A DNA stretch of 64,000 nucleotides from Candidatus Latescibacterota bacterium (GCA_965248355.1 OZ252098.1:3488001-3552000), one strand, 5' to 3'. Positions 48,253 through 59,037 are shown, numbered from the stretch's first letter. The notes: generated by a model not told the origin, from the letters alone. A program made the numbers and translations.

Positions 48253-49383
48253 ATGTTTGCCCTGATCTTCCTGGCCCTGCTGGGCTCCGTCCATGCCTAT
48301 TCGGGCTGGCGGCTCATCCCCCATCTTCCTCCCCCGGCTCACTTCGGTGCCGCATCGGTGTTGGTGCTCCTCCTGTTGCTGCCCCTGTTGCTCTTCCGCC
48401 TGCGGTCCCGTCCACATCTGGCCTGGCTCACGGATCCCCTTGCCTGGGTGGCCTATCTGGGCATGGGTCTCTTCACCGTCTGCTCGACTCTGCTGGTCCT
48501 GCGCGACGTGGGAGCCCTGCTCTGGGGCCTGGTCCATCCTGTCGGCGCGGGGCTCGACGCCCGCCTCGACCTGGTCACCTTTGTCCTGGCCCTGGTGGTA
48601 ACGGGCTATGGCTGTTACCAGGCCCGACGCACGCCGGTGGTCCGCCGGGTCGAGATCCCTATTGCGGATCTCCCGCCCGCATTGGTGGGGCTGCGCATCG
48701 TGCAGATCAGCGATCTCCACGTGGGCCCCACCATCAAGGCCCCTTTTGTGGAGCGCGTTGTCACCCGCGTCAACGAACTGCGGCCCGACCTGATCGCCTT
48801 CACCGGCGATCTCGCCGACGGCGCCGTCGAACGACTCGCCCCTCATACGGCCCCCCTGGCCCAACTCACCGCTCCCCTCGGGATCTATTTCTGTACCGGC
48901 AACCACGAATACTACTCGGGCGTGGAGAGCTGGACCGAACAGGCCCGCCGACTCGGATTCGATGTCCTGATCAACGAAGCACGCCACATCGACTGCGGGG
49001 ACGGGCGCATCGCCTTGGCCGGCGCCACCGACTTCAGCGCCGGCGAGCTGGTCCCCGGCCACGCTTCCGATCCGGCCAAGGCCCTTGCCGGGAGCGACGG
49101 CGCCCACGTGCGAATCCTGCTCGCCCACCAGCCGCGCAGCATAGAGGCGGCCGCCACCGCCGGTTGCCACCTGCAACTGTCGGGGCACACCCACGGCGGC
49201 CAGTTCGTGCCGTGGAAGTACACCATCCTTCTGCAACAGCCCTATATCGCGGGACTGCACAAGGTTCGCGGCACCTGGATCTACGTCCACCGGGGCACCG
49301 GCTACTGGGGGCCCCCGCTGCGGCTCGGCGCCCCTTCCGAAATCGCGCTCCTCACCCTGAGCCGGGCGCCGCCGACCGGTTAA
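48253..49383 (+). CDS. Membrane metallophosphoesterase (YkuE/YaeI-like)
   Basis: N-terminal TM helices, SDLH, TGDL.D, GNHE and GHTHGGQ. Confidence 0.9.
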   Translation: MFALIFLALLGSVHAYSGWRLIPHLPPPAHFGAASVLVLLLLLPLLLFRLRSRPHLAWLTDPLAWVAYLGMGLFTVCSTLLVLRDVGALLWGLVHPVGAGLDARLDLVTFVLALVVTGYGCYQARRTPVVRRVEIPIADLPPALVGLRIVQISDLHVGPTIKAPFVERVVTRVNELRPDLIAFTGDLADGAVERLAPHTAPLAQLTAPLGIYFCTGNHEYYSGVESWTEQARRLGFDVLINEARHIDCGDGRIALAGATDFSAGELVPGHASDPAKALAGSDGAHVRILLAHQPRSIEAAATAGCHLQLSGHTHGGQFVPWKYTILLQQPYIAGLHKVRGTWIYVHRGTGYWGPPLRLGAPSEIALLTLSRAPPTG

Positions 49384-50126
49384 CCGCCAGCTGTCGCCGC
49401 CCGCTCTCCCGTCCACTGGCGCAGGGCGGCGTCCAGCGCCACCCGGTGCACGGCCGCCCGTTTCTCCAGCGGCCACTCCGTCGGGGTTTCGAAGATGCAG
49501 GCGCGGGAAGCGTGTCCGTGCAGGACATAGGGGGCCAGCCCTACCTGTCCCCAGGACGGGGAGATCTCGTAGACACCCGGTGATAGGGGCCTGCTGTCCT
49601 CGCCGCTGTCCGGGTCGATGGAAGCCCGCTCCGCCACCTCGGCAATGACGGCGGGTCCCACCGCGGAGCCCTGCCGCAGGCCCTCGTACATGTAGAAGCC
49701 ATTGGCCTCCCAGTCTTCATGGCAATCGACAAAGGCGTCCACCCGACACCCCTCCAGCACCTTCTTGACCAGTTGCACCTCGGGCACGTCGCTGCCCTCG
49801 AAGGAGCGGTTGATATCCACTCCGGCCCCGTTGTCGCGGGTGCCGCGCACGTAGCCCACGGGATTGACGCAGGGCATGGCCGTGAACTCCACCTGCCCGA
49901 GCCACGGTTCCATGTCCTCTTCGACGAAGCGCAGGACCGCCTCCACCCCGGCGGGCTCGTCGCCGTGGACCCCGGCGGTCAGGAAGACCCGCAACCTCCG
50001 GGGCCGGCCCGCACGGATGCGGAGAATCGGGTGGCCCTCGACCGTCCCGATCGTCTCCACGGTCCGGCCCGGGCTGGCCAGAGCTTCCACCCGGCGCACG
50101 ACCTGATCGTAGGACCGCTCTGTCAT
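49380..50126 (-). CDS. M14/succinylglutamate desuccinylase-like metallopeptidase
   Basis: GVHGDE, DINRSF, DCHED and FETP. Confidence 0.82.
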   Translation of the reverse strand: MTERSYDQVVRRVEALASPGRTVETIGTVEGHPILRIRAGRPRRLRVFLTAGVHGDEPAGVEAVLRFVEEDMEPWLGQVEFTAMPCVNPVGYVRGTRDNGAGVDINRSFEGSDVPEVQLVKKVLEGCRVDAFVDCHEDWEANGFYMYEGLRQGSAVGPAVIAEVAERASIDPDSGEDSRPLSPGVYEISPSWGQVGLAPYVLHGHASRACIFETPTEWPLEKRAAVHRVALDAALRQWTGERAATAGG

Positions 50127-50139
50127 TTGTGGGGCCGTG

Positions 50140-51534
50140 CTACCCCGCCACCTCGGCCCGGTTGAAGGCCCACAGGGCGAAGAAGAAGGCCAGGGCCGTC
50201 TCCAGCACCAGGACGAGGATGGGCGCCACGCCCGCGGCCACGCTCTCCTCCAGCGGCAGGGGGACTTGCTGGAAGCGCGGGATGTGGCGCGGGTCCAGCT
50301 CTTCCCGGGACATGTAGTCGCCGAGGAACAACACGTGAGGTGAATCCGCGTCGGCCGCGTCGCGGGCCCTCAGGAAGTCGCGCAACGTCTCCCGGTAACC
50401 CCATCCCTGGCGGGCGAAGCTGCGGAAGCGCTGGATGCCGTTGCGCAGCAGGGCCTCAAGGGAATACTGGAAGGCGTAGCCCGGGGAGAGCAGGTTCACC
50501 GTCCGGGCGACCTCGAACTGCCGGATCTCCTGGTCCAGCGCCTCCCAGCGAATCCGGTCCTTCCCTTTCTCCATCTCCTGGATGCGTCGTGCATAACGCT
50601 TCTCCAGGGCGTAGTCGTCGGCCCGGGCCAGCTCCAGGGGGCGGGGCTCGATCCCTTCCCGCTGCAGCGCCGCCCGCACCTCGTTCTCGTGGGTGTCGAT
50701 CTCTTCCCAGATGCCGTCCGGGGATTTCACCGCCGTCACCGCCGCCAGGTATGACGTCTGCGGAATGACGACCATGAGCACGGTCCAGGCGGTGACGAGC
50801 AGCACCAGGGAGGAGGCCGAGCTGCGGGCCAGGGCCGAGACCCCGGCGGCCAGCAGCAGGAAGAGGGCGATGAAGATCGCCGTTCCCAGCAGGAAGAAGG
50901 CGTAGCTCGACCAGATCGCCCCGTCCGGTTCCAGCACTCCGCCGAGGACCAGGATGAGCAGGCTGAGCAGGCTGCCCACCGCGGTGGCGGCCAGCAGGGT
51001 GACCAGGTGGGCGCCGACCTTGGCCAGCAGGAAGCGGCCCCGGGACAGGGAGTTGGTCAGCACCAGCAGCAGGGTGCCGTTCTCCCGCTCTCCGCAGACG
51101 GCGTTGTAGGCCAGGACGACACACAGGAAGGAGAGCACGTAGCGCACGATGACGGCCCAGTCCACCACCTCGAAGCGGCGCATCCACCGGTTGGTGGTGC
51201 GCGAGCTGGCGAACCCGGGAATGGCGCCCGATGCCGGGTTGACGTACATGGCGTACCGGAACCAGTCGGAGCCGGCCTCGGCCATGAACTCGGTGCCCAC
51301 CTCGGCGCCCCGGATCTTGTAGCTGGTCGCGGCGGCGTCCCCCGTGGTCTCCACCCGCCCGTAGCGCTCCTCGTTGAGCTTGGTGATGCGCGCCACTTCC
51401 TCGGAGAGGTTACCCGTCTTCATGGTGTAGATGACGCCATTCGCCCCGAAGAACATCAGCAGGATGATCAGGCTGATCTGGAAGCGCAGGGACAGGAGAT
51501 TGTCGCGCAGCTGGTGGAGGAAGATCGGTCCCAT
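50140..51534 (-). CDS. ABC-2 type transporter permease
   Basis: AYNAVCGERENGTL...LSRGRFLLAK. Confidence 0.82.
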   Translation of the reverse strand: MGPIFLHQLRDNLLSLRFQISLIILLMFFGANGVIYTMKTGNLSEEVARITKLNEERYGRVETTGDAAATSYKIRGAEVGTEFMAEAGSDWFRYAMYVNPASGAIPGFASSRTTNRWMRRFEVVDWAVIVRYVLSFLCVVLAYNAVCGERENGTLLLVLTNSLSRGRFLLAKVGAHLVTLLAATAVGSLLSLLILVLGGVLEPDGAIWSSYAFFLLGTAIFIALFLLLAAGVSALARSSASSLVLLVTAWTVLMVVIPQTSYLAAVTAVKSPDGIWEEIDTHENEVRAALQREGIEPRPLELARADDYALEKRYARRIQEMEKGKDRIRWEALDQEIRQFEVARTVNLLSPGYAFQYSLEALLRNGIQRFRSFARQGWGYRETLRDFLRARDAADADSPHVLFLGDYMSREELDPRHIPRFQQVPLPLEESVAAGVAPILVLVLETALAFFFALWAFNRAEVAG

Positions 51535-51550
51535 GAGAGCAGCTCCGGAG

Positions 51551-53113
51551 TCAGCGCGGATCGTAGCGCAGGAAACGCGAGATGGTGATCAGCACGGCCA
51601 GGCCGAAGCTCAGGACCAGGATGACGAGGCCCGGCATCATCACGCCGAAGGAGGCGGCCAGCGATCGCTGCCAGCGGCCTCCGAAGCGGGGCATGTCCGT
51701 CAGGTCCAGCCCCACCGCGCCCGCGGACCGGCCCTGTTCCCGGGCCTCCGCCCAGGCCATGCGCTGTCTCATGAAGGGCGCGTCGGCGGCCAGCATCGCC
51801 TCGGTCACCGACGCCGGATCGGCGATCATGGGCTCCTGGCCTTCCGGGTCGTCGCTGAACCAGCGGCGGCTGGAAAAGGCCTCCTTGCCGCGCAGGTACT
51901 CGATGTAGGTTCGGCGGTAGTCCCGGCCCTCCCCCACCAGGTGGAAGCGGTCGTCCAGGGTGGTGCGCGCCAGCAGGTAGGAGAGCACCTGGTAGTTGGT
52001 GAAGGGCGAGAGGATCGACCACTCGTCGACCAGATGGCTCATCCGCGCCAGGGGCCCCCAGTTGGCCCAGTGGTATCGGTACCGGCGGTCGGCCAGCTCC
52101 AGGCGCTTGTCCATGGCGAAGGCGTTCCTCCGCTGCATCCACTCGTATCCGCGGGGATGTGCGTAGCGCAGCACGCCGCGGCGCTCAAGCCCCTTGAGGT
52201 AGGCTTCGGGCGGCGAAGGGTGCCTCTCCTCCCACTCCTCCATCGTCTTCTCGAACTCGTTCCAGAGTTGCCGGTTCTGTTCGCGGAACTCGTCGGCCGG
52301 CGGGGCCTTCACGCCGTAGCGGCTCAGCGACGGCAGGACGTTGATGTATCCCACGCCGCCCACCAGCCAGGCGAAGAGGCAGATGATCAGGGCCGTGTCC
52401 GTGCCGCGCACCAGGGAGGAGACCATCAGGCTCAGGGCGAAGACCTGGCCGAGGAACAGGCAGGAGAGGAGGAAGAAGACGCCCAGGCGCACCCAGTCGT
52501 CGCCGGCCAGATGAATGTCGGGGTGGCCCACCAGGATGAGCAGGGAAAGGACGAAGGCCAGGGCGAAGGGGATCCACAGGGAGATCATGCCGCTCAGCAG
52601 CTTGGCCAGGACCACGTGGCCCCGCGGTACCGGGTTGACGAGCAGCTGCTTGAGCGTGCCCCTCTCCCGCTCCCCGCAGATGCCGTCGAAGCCCAGGACC
52701 ACGGCCAGGAAGCTGAGCAGCACGGCCACCACGGTGGCGAAGTCGATCTGCACCAGGATCCTCATGAAGTTGCTGTCGAAGCTCTCCGCCAGCTCCCAGG
52801 CCGACACGGGCACCTGGTCCAGGCGGATCCAGATCGACTGTCCCGCCGTGCTCACCACCCCCCGGCAGAGGATGGCCAGGGGCTGGGGCGGCACCACGAC
52901 GCGGGGGCCGACCTGGGAATAGACGGCCACCTCCTCCAGGTTCTCCTCGATCTCCCGTATCTCCCTCTCGTAGACATCCACGTTGCGTGCATAGTCCACG
53001 GTGCCGATGAAGGTCGTCAGCACCGACAGGACCACTGTGAAGGTCACGGCCACGCCCAGGCGCAAGGTGAGCAGGTTGGTCAGCAGCTCCTTGCGTACGA
53101 GGGTCCAGATCAT
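51551..53113 (-). CDS. ABC-2 type transporter permease
   Basis: GFDGICGERERGTLKQLLVNPVPR...LAK. Confidence 0.82.
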   Translation of the reverse strand: MIWTLVRKELLTNLLTLRLGVAVTFTVVLSVLTTFIGTVDYARNVDVYEREIREIEENLEEVAVYSQVGPRVVVPPQPLAILCRGVVSTAGQSIWIRLDQVPVSAWELAESFDSNFMRILVQIDFATVVAVLLSFLAVVLGFDGICGERERGTLKQLLVNPVPRGHVVLAKLLSGMISLWIPFALAFVLSLLILVGHPDIHLAGDDWVRLGVFFLLSCLFLGQVFALSLMVSSLVRGTDTALIICLFAWLVGGVGYINVLPSLSRYGVKAPPADEFREQNRQLWNEFEKTMEEWEERHPSPPEAYLKGLERRGVLRYAHPRGYEWMQRRNAFAMDKRLELADRRYRYHWANWGPLARMSHLVDEWSILSPFTNYQVLSYLLARTTLDDRFHLVGEGRDYRRTYIEYLRGKEAFSSRRWFSDDPEGQEPMIADPASVTEAMLAADAPFMRQRMAWAEAREQGRSAGAVGLDLTDMPRFGGRWQRSLAASFGVMMPGLVILVLSFGLAVLITISRFLRYDPR

Positions 53114-53196
53114 GCGGCTCTTTCCAGATGGCAACGGTGCCGCCGCCCCAGGTTCCGTTGCGCCGGGAAACCCTGATCCCGGCGATCAAAGGGTCG

Positions 53197-54714
53197 CTAT
53201 TCGAGGTAGAGCAATCCCCGGCTGTGCACGCCGCCGGGGTGGACCAGGCGCGCCAGATAGACTCCCGCCGCCACCGCCGATCCGCGCTGGTCCCGGGCGT
53301 CCCAGTGCACCCGGTGGGAGCCGGCGGACTGGAACTCGTCCACCAGGACCCGCACCGGTTGGCCGAGCATGTTGTAGATCTCCAGGCGCACGTGTCCGGG
53401 GGCGGCCAGCCGGTAGGGAATCCAGGTGGAGTTGTTGAAGGGGTTGGGTGAATTGGGCTCCAGGCCGCTGGAGACGGCAGCCTCTTGCGCTCGCGCCTCC
53501 CTGGCCGCCCCTGGCTCGACCTTGCCCCGCAGGGCCTGCACCTCCGCGGCCGTCAGCGCCCGGTCGTATATCCAGAGATCGTCCAGCGACCCGTCCAGGA
53601 CCTGGTTCGGGTCGAAGTCCCCGCCCAGCCGGTCCTGCTCCTGGCCGATGATCAGGCCGCCCTCCTCGACCGTCAGCGCTCTGTACTCGAGGTCTCCGCA
53701 AAGGTCGGTCTGGCCCACGCCGTCCACGTAGAAGGCGGCGTTCCCCTCGGCGGCGTTGCGGACCACGACGATGTGATGCCACTGCCCGTCCGCGATCGGC
53801 GGGATGTCCACGTCACACCACCCGTAGTGGTGACCCTGCGTCCCGTGCGAATAGAAGCGGAGGATTCTCTGGCTCAATAGGTAGACGATGTGCTCGTTGT
53901 CCTTGCTCCGGTTGGCGGCGCTCACGATGGCCTGGCTGCCGGACTTGGTGGTCCTGAGCCAGAAGGAGATGCTCACGTCCCGCAGGCCGTCGAGCACCTC
54001 GTGGGGCAGATCGATGCGATCCTGCGTCCCCTGGAACACCAGGGCCCCGGCCTCGTTGCCGAAACGATCCTCCCCGGCATCCGGACCGGAGAGGGTGCCG
54101 TGATAGGCGTTGACACTCGCGTCCCGGGCGTCTCCATCGAGGGGATAGTGGGCTACCAGTCTCCCCCCGGGCCCGGCCGGGAGCCGCCGCACCAGGCCTG
54201 AATCCAGTACCAGTTCCAGCGCCTGGCGGCGGTTGCGGTTTATTGGGATGCTGCTCCAATGCCTGACCACCTCGCCGGCGGGATTGAGCGCCCGGGCCTG
54301 GTAGTACCCGCTGACAAAGGACCGGTCAGCGGCGGGAATGGTCAGTACCAGCCGGCCGGATGCGTCGGTGACGCCGCTCCAGGCGTAGTCGGGCGGCCGG
54401 CCGGAGATGGAACGGGAAAGCTCGATGGTCAGGCCCGAGACCTCACCGCCCCGGAGGGTCACCTCGATCACGGTGACATCCTGGACGGCCATCGGCGCCG
54501 CCCATGCGGCGGGTCCATCGATCACCAGGGAGACCGCCAGCAGAAACGAGCGGACTCCGAATCCGTGCTCGCCTGTTGGTTGCGCTCCCGGGCCGGAAGT
54601 ATCCCCGCGAACCGTCCGCGAAGGCCCCGTGGGGCGCGCACCTGGTGATGGGAGCCGCCGTCGGGCGGACCGGCCGGACCCGGCAGGCGCACTCGTAGAC
54701 CACTCACGCAGCAT
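53197..54714 (-). CDS. LamG-domain protein with FlgD-Ig C-terminal domain (start uncertain)
   Basis: LVAHYPLDG, WHHIVVVR, LDDLWIYDRAL and PNSPNPFN...WDARD...GVY. Confidence 0.75.
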   Translation of the reverse strand: MLREWSTSAPAGSGRSARRRLPSPGARPTGPSRTVRGDTSGPGAQPTGEHGFGVRSFLLAVSLVIDGPAAWAAPMAVQDVTVIEVTLRGGEVSGLTIELSRSISGRPPDYAWSGVTDASGRLVLTIPAADRSFVSGYYQARALNPAGEVVRHWSSIPINRNRRQALELVLDSGLVRRLPAGPGGRLVAHYPLDGDARDASVNAYHGTLSGPDAGEDRFGNEAGALVFQGTQDRIDLPHEVLDGLRDVSISFWLRTTKSGSQAIVSAANRSKDNEHIVYLLSQRILRFYSHGTQGHHYGWCDVDIPPIADGQWHHIVVVRNAAEGNAAFYVDGVGQTDLCGDLEYRALTVEEGGLIIGQEQDRLGGDFDPNQVLDGSLDDLWIYDRALTAAEVQALRGKVEPGAAREARAQEAAVSSGLEPNSPNPFNNSTWIPYRLAAPGHVRLEIYNMLGQPVRVLVDEFQSAGSHRVHWDARDQRGSAVAAGVYLARLVHPGGVHSRGLLYLE

Positions 54715-54761
54715 GAGTTGCTCCCTTGGGAGAACCTGCCGGGCGTCCGTGGTTGGCCTGC

Positions 54762-55406
54762 TCAGTTCGACCCCGCCCAGCGCACACCCTGGGTGATGAG
54801 CGTCTGCATGGCAGGGCGGCGGAAGGTGTCGGCGGTGTGGCCCAGGGTGGTGTAGAACACGCGGCCCTCCTCGTAGGGCCTGACCCAGGCCATGGGATGG
54901 TCCTTGCCGCTCCACTCGGCGGTGGCCAGGATCCGAATGCCGGGATCCCAGGCGGACATGTAGATCTCGTCCTCCACCTCGAAGTCGGAGAGACCCCGGG
55001 TCACGGGATGAGAGGGGTCCGCGATGTTGACGGTGAAGGTCAGGCCGGGGGGATGCCAGTTGGCGTGGCCTCCGAGGAGATCTACGGCGCGCGTGTCGAC
55101 CCACCAGGCGGTGCCGTGAACGCCCACCAGGCCCCTGCCGCCGGCGACGAACTCGAAGAGCCCGTCTTCCTGGGCGGGTGTGAGGTCGCGCTCCCTCGCG
55201 ACTTCCCCGTCCGGCCTCTGCACGGCGCGCGTGAACCCGGTGCCGAACACGCAGACATGGAACTCCTGAAGCGACGGAGAGGTGAGTATGGCCTTGTCCT
55301 TCTCCAGCTCCACCTCCAGGTCGCCTGCCGAATCGAGAAACGCGCGGATCACCTCGGCGCTCTGGTCGAAGCCGTGGTTCTCGCCTGACAGAACCAGAAT
55401 CCTCAT
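54762..55406 (-). CDS. ThuA-like domain protein
   Basis: GGRGLVGVH, HPVTRGL, DEIY and GRVFYTTLGH. Confidence 0.88.
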   Translation of the reverse strand: MRILVLSGENHGFDQSAEVIRAFLDSAGDLEVELEKDKAILTSPSLQEFHVCVFGTGFTRAVQRPDGEVARERDLTPAQEDGLFEFVAGGRGLVGVHGTAWWVDTRAVDLLGGHANWHPPGLTFTVNIADPSHPVTRGLSDFEVEDEIYMSAWDPGIRILATAEWSGKDHPMAWVRPYEEGRVFYTTLGHTADTFRRPAMQTLITQGVRWAGSN

Positions 55407-55588
55407 CGCGTCCTCCCCGGATGCAGGCCGGCCTGCGTGCCCGGCATCCCTTTGACATGGTCGCTGCCCCGAACCTAAAATCCGCGCTGGACCACCGCCA
55501 GGGTGGTTTTTCCTTGCCGGCTGCACCGCCCCGCGGCCGGATGTGGTATCCATCGCGCGCTCCGGCATTCCGCCACCAAGGGAGCTTC

Positions 55589-57076
55589 ATGTCCACCGAT
55601 CCACCCGGCGGCACCGGTCCGTCGAGCCAGGCCGGGACATCGCTGCGGGAGCGGGCCGACCGGTTCGCCGATCTGGCCTGTCTGTCCTATTTCGGCACCG
55701 ATCACGTCAGCCGCCGCGAGCAGGCCGCCCGGCTGCTCGCCGAGTCTCCGGAGCTCACCGCGGTGAGCTGCCATGCCGCTGCCGCCGCCTTCGACCTGGA
55801 AGCCCTGAGAGAGCATCTGGCCCGGGATGGCGGCGCCGCCGTCGCCGCCGGAGGGCCGCGGGACTGGCCGCCCCTGCTCTACGTCTGCTACAGCCGCATC
55901 CCCGAGGCCCCGCACCGCGACGCCGTGACCGCCGCGAAGGTGCTGCTCACCGCGGGCGCCGCCGGGGATACGTGCATTGTCGCCGAGGAGTTGGGCGGCT
56001 GGCGCTGGACGGGTCTCACCGGAGCCATGGGTGAAGGGGAGGACGGCCTCCTCCAGCAGCCGCCCCATGCGAGGGCGCGGGAACTGGCCGGGATCCTGCT
56101 GGACGCAGGCGCCGATCCGAATGATTCGCAGGGGCTCTACAACACCATGTTCACGCCGGACAACCAGTGGCTGGAGCTGCTCCTGTCCCACGGGCTGAAG
56201 GCCTCCGACGTCGTCGACCCGGACGGGGACCCGCCGATCAGGACCCTGGACTACCAGCTGTCCCAGGCGGTGAAGATGGGCAACCTGGAACGGGTGTCGC
56301 TCCTGCTCGAGCACGGCGCCGACATCGACGCCACCGACATCTACAACGGCCGCTCCAACTACGAGAACGCCCTGCTCCACGGCTATCCCGAGATCGCGGA
56401 GATGCTGGCCGGGCACGGCGCCGAGATCCGGGAGCTGTCCCTCGAAGACCGGTTCACCGCCGCCGTGATGAGCGGCGACGAGAGCGGGGCCGGAGAGCTG
56501 CTGGAGGCCGAGCCCGGCCTGATCGAGAACCCGGCCCTGCTCCAGGAAGCGGTCAACAACCCCGCGGCGACCCGGTTGCTGCTGGAGCTGGGCGCCGATC
56601 CGAACGCGCCGAAGGTGAATGGCCGCGCCCCCCTCCACGAGGCGGCCTGGTCCGACAACGCCGAGGTCGTCCAGCTCCTGCTGGCCCGTGGAGCGCGCTG
56701 CGAGATCCGCGAGCGCGAGCACAATGCCACGCCGGTGGGCTTCGCCAACCACGCCGGCAACTTCGAGCTGCGCGATCTGCTGCTCGAACACAGCCGGGAC
56801 GTCTTCGACCTGGCGGCCTTCGGCCGGGCCGGCCAGCTGGCCGACCTCCTGGCTTCGGATCCGGCCCTGGCCAGGGCCCGCGGCGCCGGGGGCCACACAC
56901 CGGTCCACGCCGTCAAAGGGGGGCCCGCTTGCGCACGGATGCTCGACCTGCTGCTCGCCCACGGCGCCGACATCGAGGCGGCGGCCAACGACGGCGCCAC
57001 GCCCCTTTCCTCGGCCCTCGAACGCGGCGACGAGGCGCTCGCGGCGCTTCTGAGGGCTCGCGGCGCCCGGGAATGA
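55589..57076 (+). CDS. Ankyrin-repeat protein
   Basis: Repeated LLxxGAD(P/I)(N/D) and G.(T/A)P(L/V)H motifs. Confidence 0.88.
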   Translation: MSTDPPGGTGPSSQAGTSLRERADRFADLACLSYFGTDHVSRREQAARLLAESPELTAVSCHAAAAAFDLEALREHLARDGGAAVAAGGPRDWPPLLYVCYSRIPEAPHRDAVTAAKVLLTAGAAGDTCIVAEELGGWRWTGLTGAMGEGEDGLLQQPPHARARELAGILLDAGADPNDSQGLYNTMFTPDNQWLELLLSHGLKASDVVDPDGDPPIRTLDYQLSQAVKMGNLERVSLLLEHGADIDATDIYNGRSNYENALLHGYPEIAEMLAGHGAEIRELSLEDRFTAAVMSGDESGAGELLEAEPGLIENPALLQEAVNNPAATRLLLELGADPNAPKVNGRAPLHEAAWSDNAEVVQLLLARGARCEIREREHNATPVGFANHAGNFELRDLLLEHSRDVFDLAAFGRAGQLADLLASDPALARARGAGGHTPVHAVKGGPACARMLDLLLAHGADIEAAANDGATPLSSALERGDEALAALLRARGARE

Positions 57077-57133
57077 GGTATCATTAGTTCCGCCAGGCCG
57101 CCGGCCGACGGCGGCCCCACGGGGAGAATCGAG

Positions 57134-58009
57134 ATGGCCAAACGCGATGTAGACTTCGATCCCACCGAGGGGATCGGCTTCATGAACGTCGACGACATCG
57201 ACTACGGGGCCATGACCCTCGGCGAGAAGATGCGCCACCTCGAGGTCGAGGGGTACGTGGTCCTTCCGGACGCGCTCGACGCCGCCCACATGGAGCGGAT
57301 CAATCAGGAGATGGCGGCCGCGCCCATGGGGACCAAGGACTACAGCGACTGCCAGACCTTTCACCGGGAGCCCCAGTGGTACAGCCCGGCCGTGGCCGAG
57401 ATGATCGCCAACCCCCCGGTAGTGGAGCTCCTCGAGGCCCTGTGCGGGGAGGACATCGTCTTCACCCGCGGGCTGTTCACGCGGACCCTGGCCGGATCGC
57501 CCCCCATCTCCCTGCACACCGACGGTCAGCCCTTCGGCTCCTCGATCTTCGGGTACGAGGGCAGTTCCCCCAGGCTGCTGCGCGTGCTCTACTACCTCGA
57601 CGACCTCACGCCGGAGCGGGCGCCCCTGCGCGTGCTGCCGCGCTCCCACCTCTCCTATCACGCCGACGCCAACCCGTACGTCCGCTACAAGTCGCACCCG
57701 GGGGAGCTGACCATCTGCGCCAGTGCGGGCACCGCCGTCCTCTTCCCCGTCAACATCTTCCACGGCACCCATCCCAACCGGGACGACTCGCTGCGAACCC
57801 TGATTCAATTCGGGTACCGTCCGGCGTGGGCGGGTCCCATCCAGCCCATGGAGGAGTGGGATCCCGAGCTGGTCGCCGCGGCGCCGGCCGTGGCCCGGCG
57901 CTTTCTGCGGAGCCTCAACACCTCCGGAGTCGACTGGGAGCAGCCTCACAAGCCCGTGGGCATGAGGTCGGAGGCGCCGGCCATCGCTCCCGAGCGATGG
58001 GAACGGTGA
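57134..58009 (+). CDS. PhyH-family dioxygenase
   Basis: EGYVV, LHTD, LPRSH and FHG. Confidence 0.85.
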   Translation: MAKRDVDFDPTEGIGFMNVDDIDYGAMTLGEKMRHLEVEGYVVLPDALDAAHMERINQEMAAAPMGTKDYSDCQTFHREPQWYSPAVAEMIANPPVVELLEALCGEDIVFTRGLFTRTLAGSPPISLHTDGQPFGSSIFGYEGSSPRLLRVLYYLDDLTPERAPLRVLPRSHLSYHADANPYVRYKSHPGELTICASAGTAVLFPVNIFHGTHPNRDDSLRTLIQFGYRPAWAGPIQPMEEWDPELVAAAPAVARRFLRSLNTSGVDWEQPHKPVGMRSEAPAIAPERWER

Positions 58010-58056
58010 ACCCTCCGCCGACCCTCGACGGGACCTGAGAAAGCACCGCGCCGCCG

Positions 58057-59037
58057 ATGCTCCGGATAGCCCTCATCGGTTGCGGCGCGAAAGCCGACCC
58101 CTACGTCACGGCCGCAAAGCGGGTCCCCGACCTGGAGATCACGGCCGCAGCCGACCTGGACTCCGATCGGGCGGCCCGGGTGGTCCGCTCCGCCGGTTTC
58201 CACCTCTGGGCGGCGTCCCTCGGCGAGCTGCTCCACACCGCCGCCGAAGCCTTCGACGCCGTCATCGTCACCACCCCTCCGGCGACGCGGGCCTCCCTCG
58301 TTCAGCAGGCGGCGCGGGCCGGCAAGCACGTCCTGGTCGAGCCGCCCCTGGCGGCTGGCGCGGAAGAGGCCGAGCGAGTCACCGCGGCCGCACGCGCCGC
58401 CGGGGTTCGGCTCATGCCCGCCCACGAGGACCGCTTCCGGGGCGACGGCCGCGCCGTCAAGGCCAGCCTCGACCAGGGGGAGCTGGGGCGGCCGGGCCTG
58501 CTTCGCATCCACCATTGGGTCCCGGGCTCGGAAAACGGCAACGCCGCCCCCCGCGCCCTGGCGGCCCTGGACCTGGCCCTGTGGATGTTCGACGGCCTGC
58601 CCACCCACGTCCATGGGTCGGCGCGGCCCTGCGGCGCGGCCACCCTCTCCGAGGCCGAGTACCTCCAGGTCCACCTCGGCTTCGAGGGCGGGGGCATGGC
58701 GCTCATCGACCTGACGCGCACTCTTCCGGCCGGCGACGGGTACCGGTCCCTGGCCCTCATCGGGTCGCTGGGGGCCGCCCACGCCGACGAGCATCACAAT
58801 GTTCAACTGCTCTACGGCGGAGGCCGGGCGCAGGCGGTGCTCACGGAGGCCGATGAATCGGTGCCGGCCCTGGTGCTCGCGGAATTGGCCGCGGCCGTCG
58901 CCGACGGACGGGATCCCTCCGTGGCAGGCGAGGACGCAGCGGCCGTGCTGAGAGTCGCGGAGGCCGCGGCCTCCTCGTGGGCCGCCGAGGCCGCCTTCAG
59001 GCGTGGGAGTGCGGAAGGACGATATGACCTCGCCTGA
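58057..59037 (+). CDS. Gfo/Idh/MocA oxidoreductase (degenerate EKP)
   Basis: IALIGCG and AGKHVLVEPPL. Confidence 0.8.
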   Translation: MLRIALIGCGAKADPYVTAAKRVPDLEITAAADLDSDRAARVVRSAGFHLWAASLGELLHTAAEAFDAVIVTTPPATRASLVQQAARAGKHVLVEPPLAAGAEEAERVTAAARAAGVRLMPAHEDRFRGDGRAVKASLDQGELGRPGLLRIHHWVPGSENGNAAPRALAALDLALWMFDGLPTHVHGSARPCGAATLSEAEYLQVHLGFEGGGMALIDLTRTLPAGDGYRSLALIGSLGAAHADEHHNVQLLYGGGRAQAVLTEADESVPALVLAELAAAVADGRDPSVAGEDAAAVLRVAEAAASSWAAEAAFRRGSAEGRYDLA

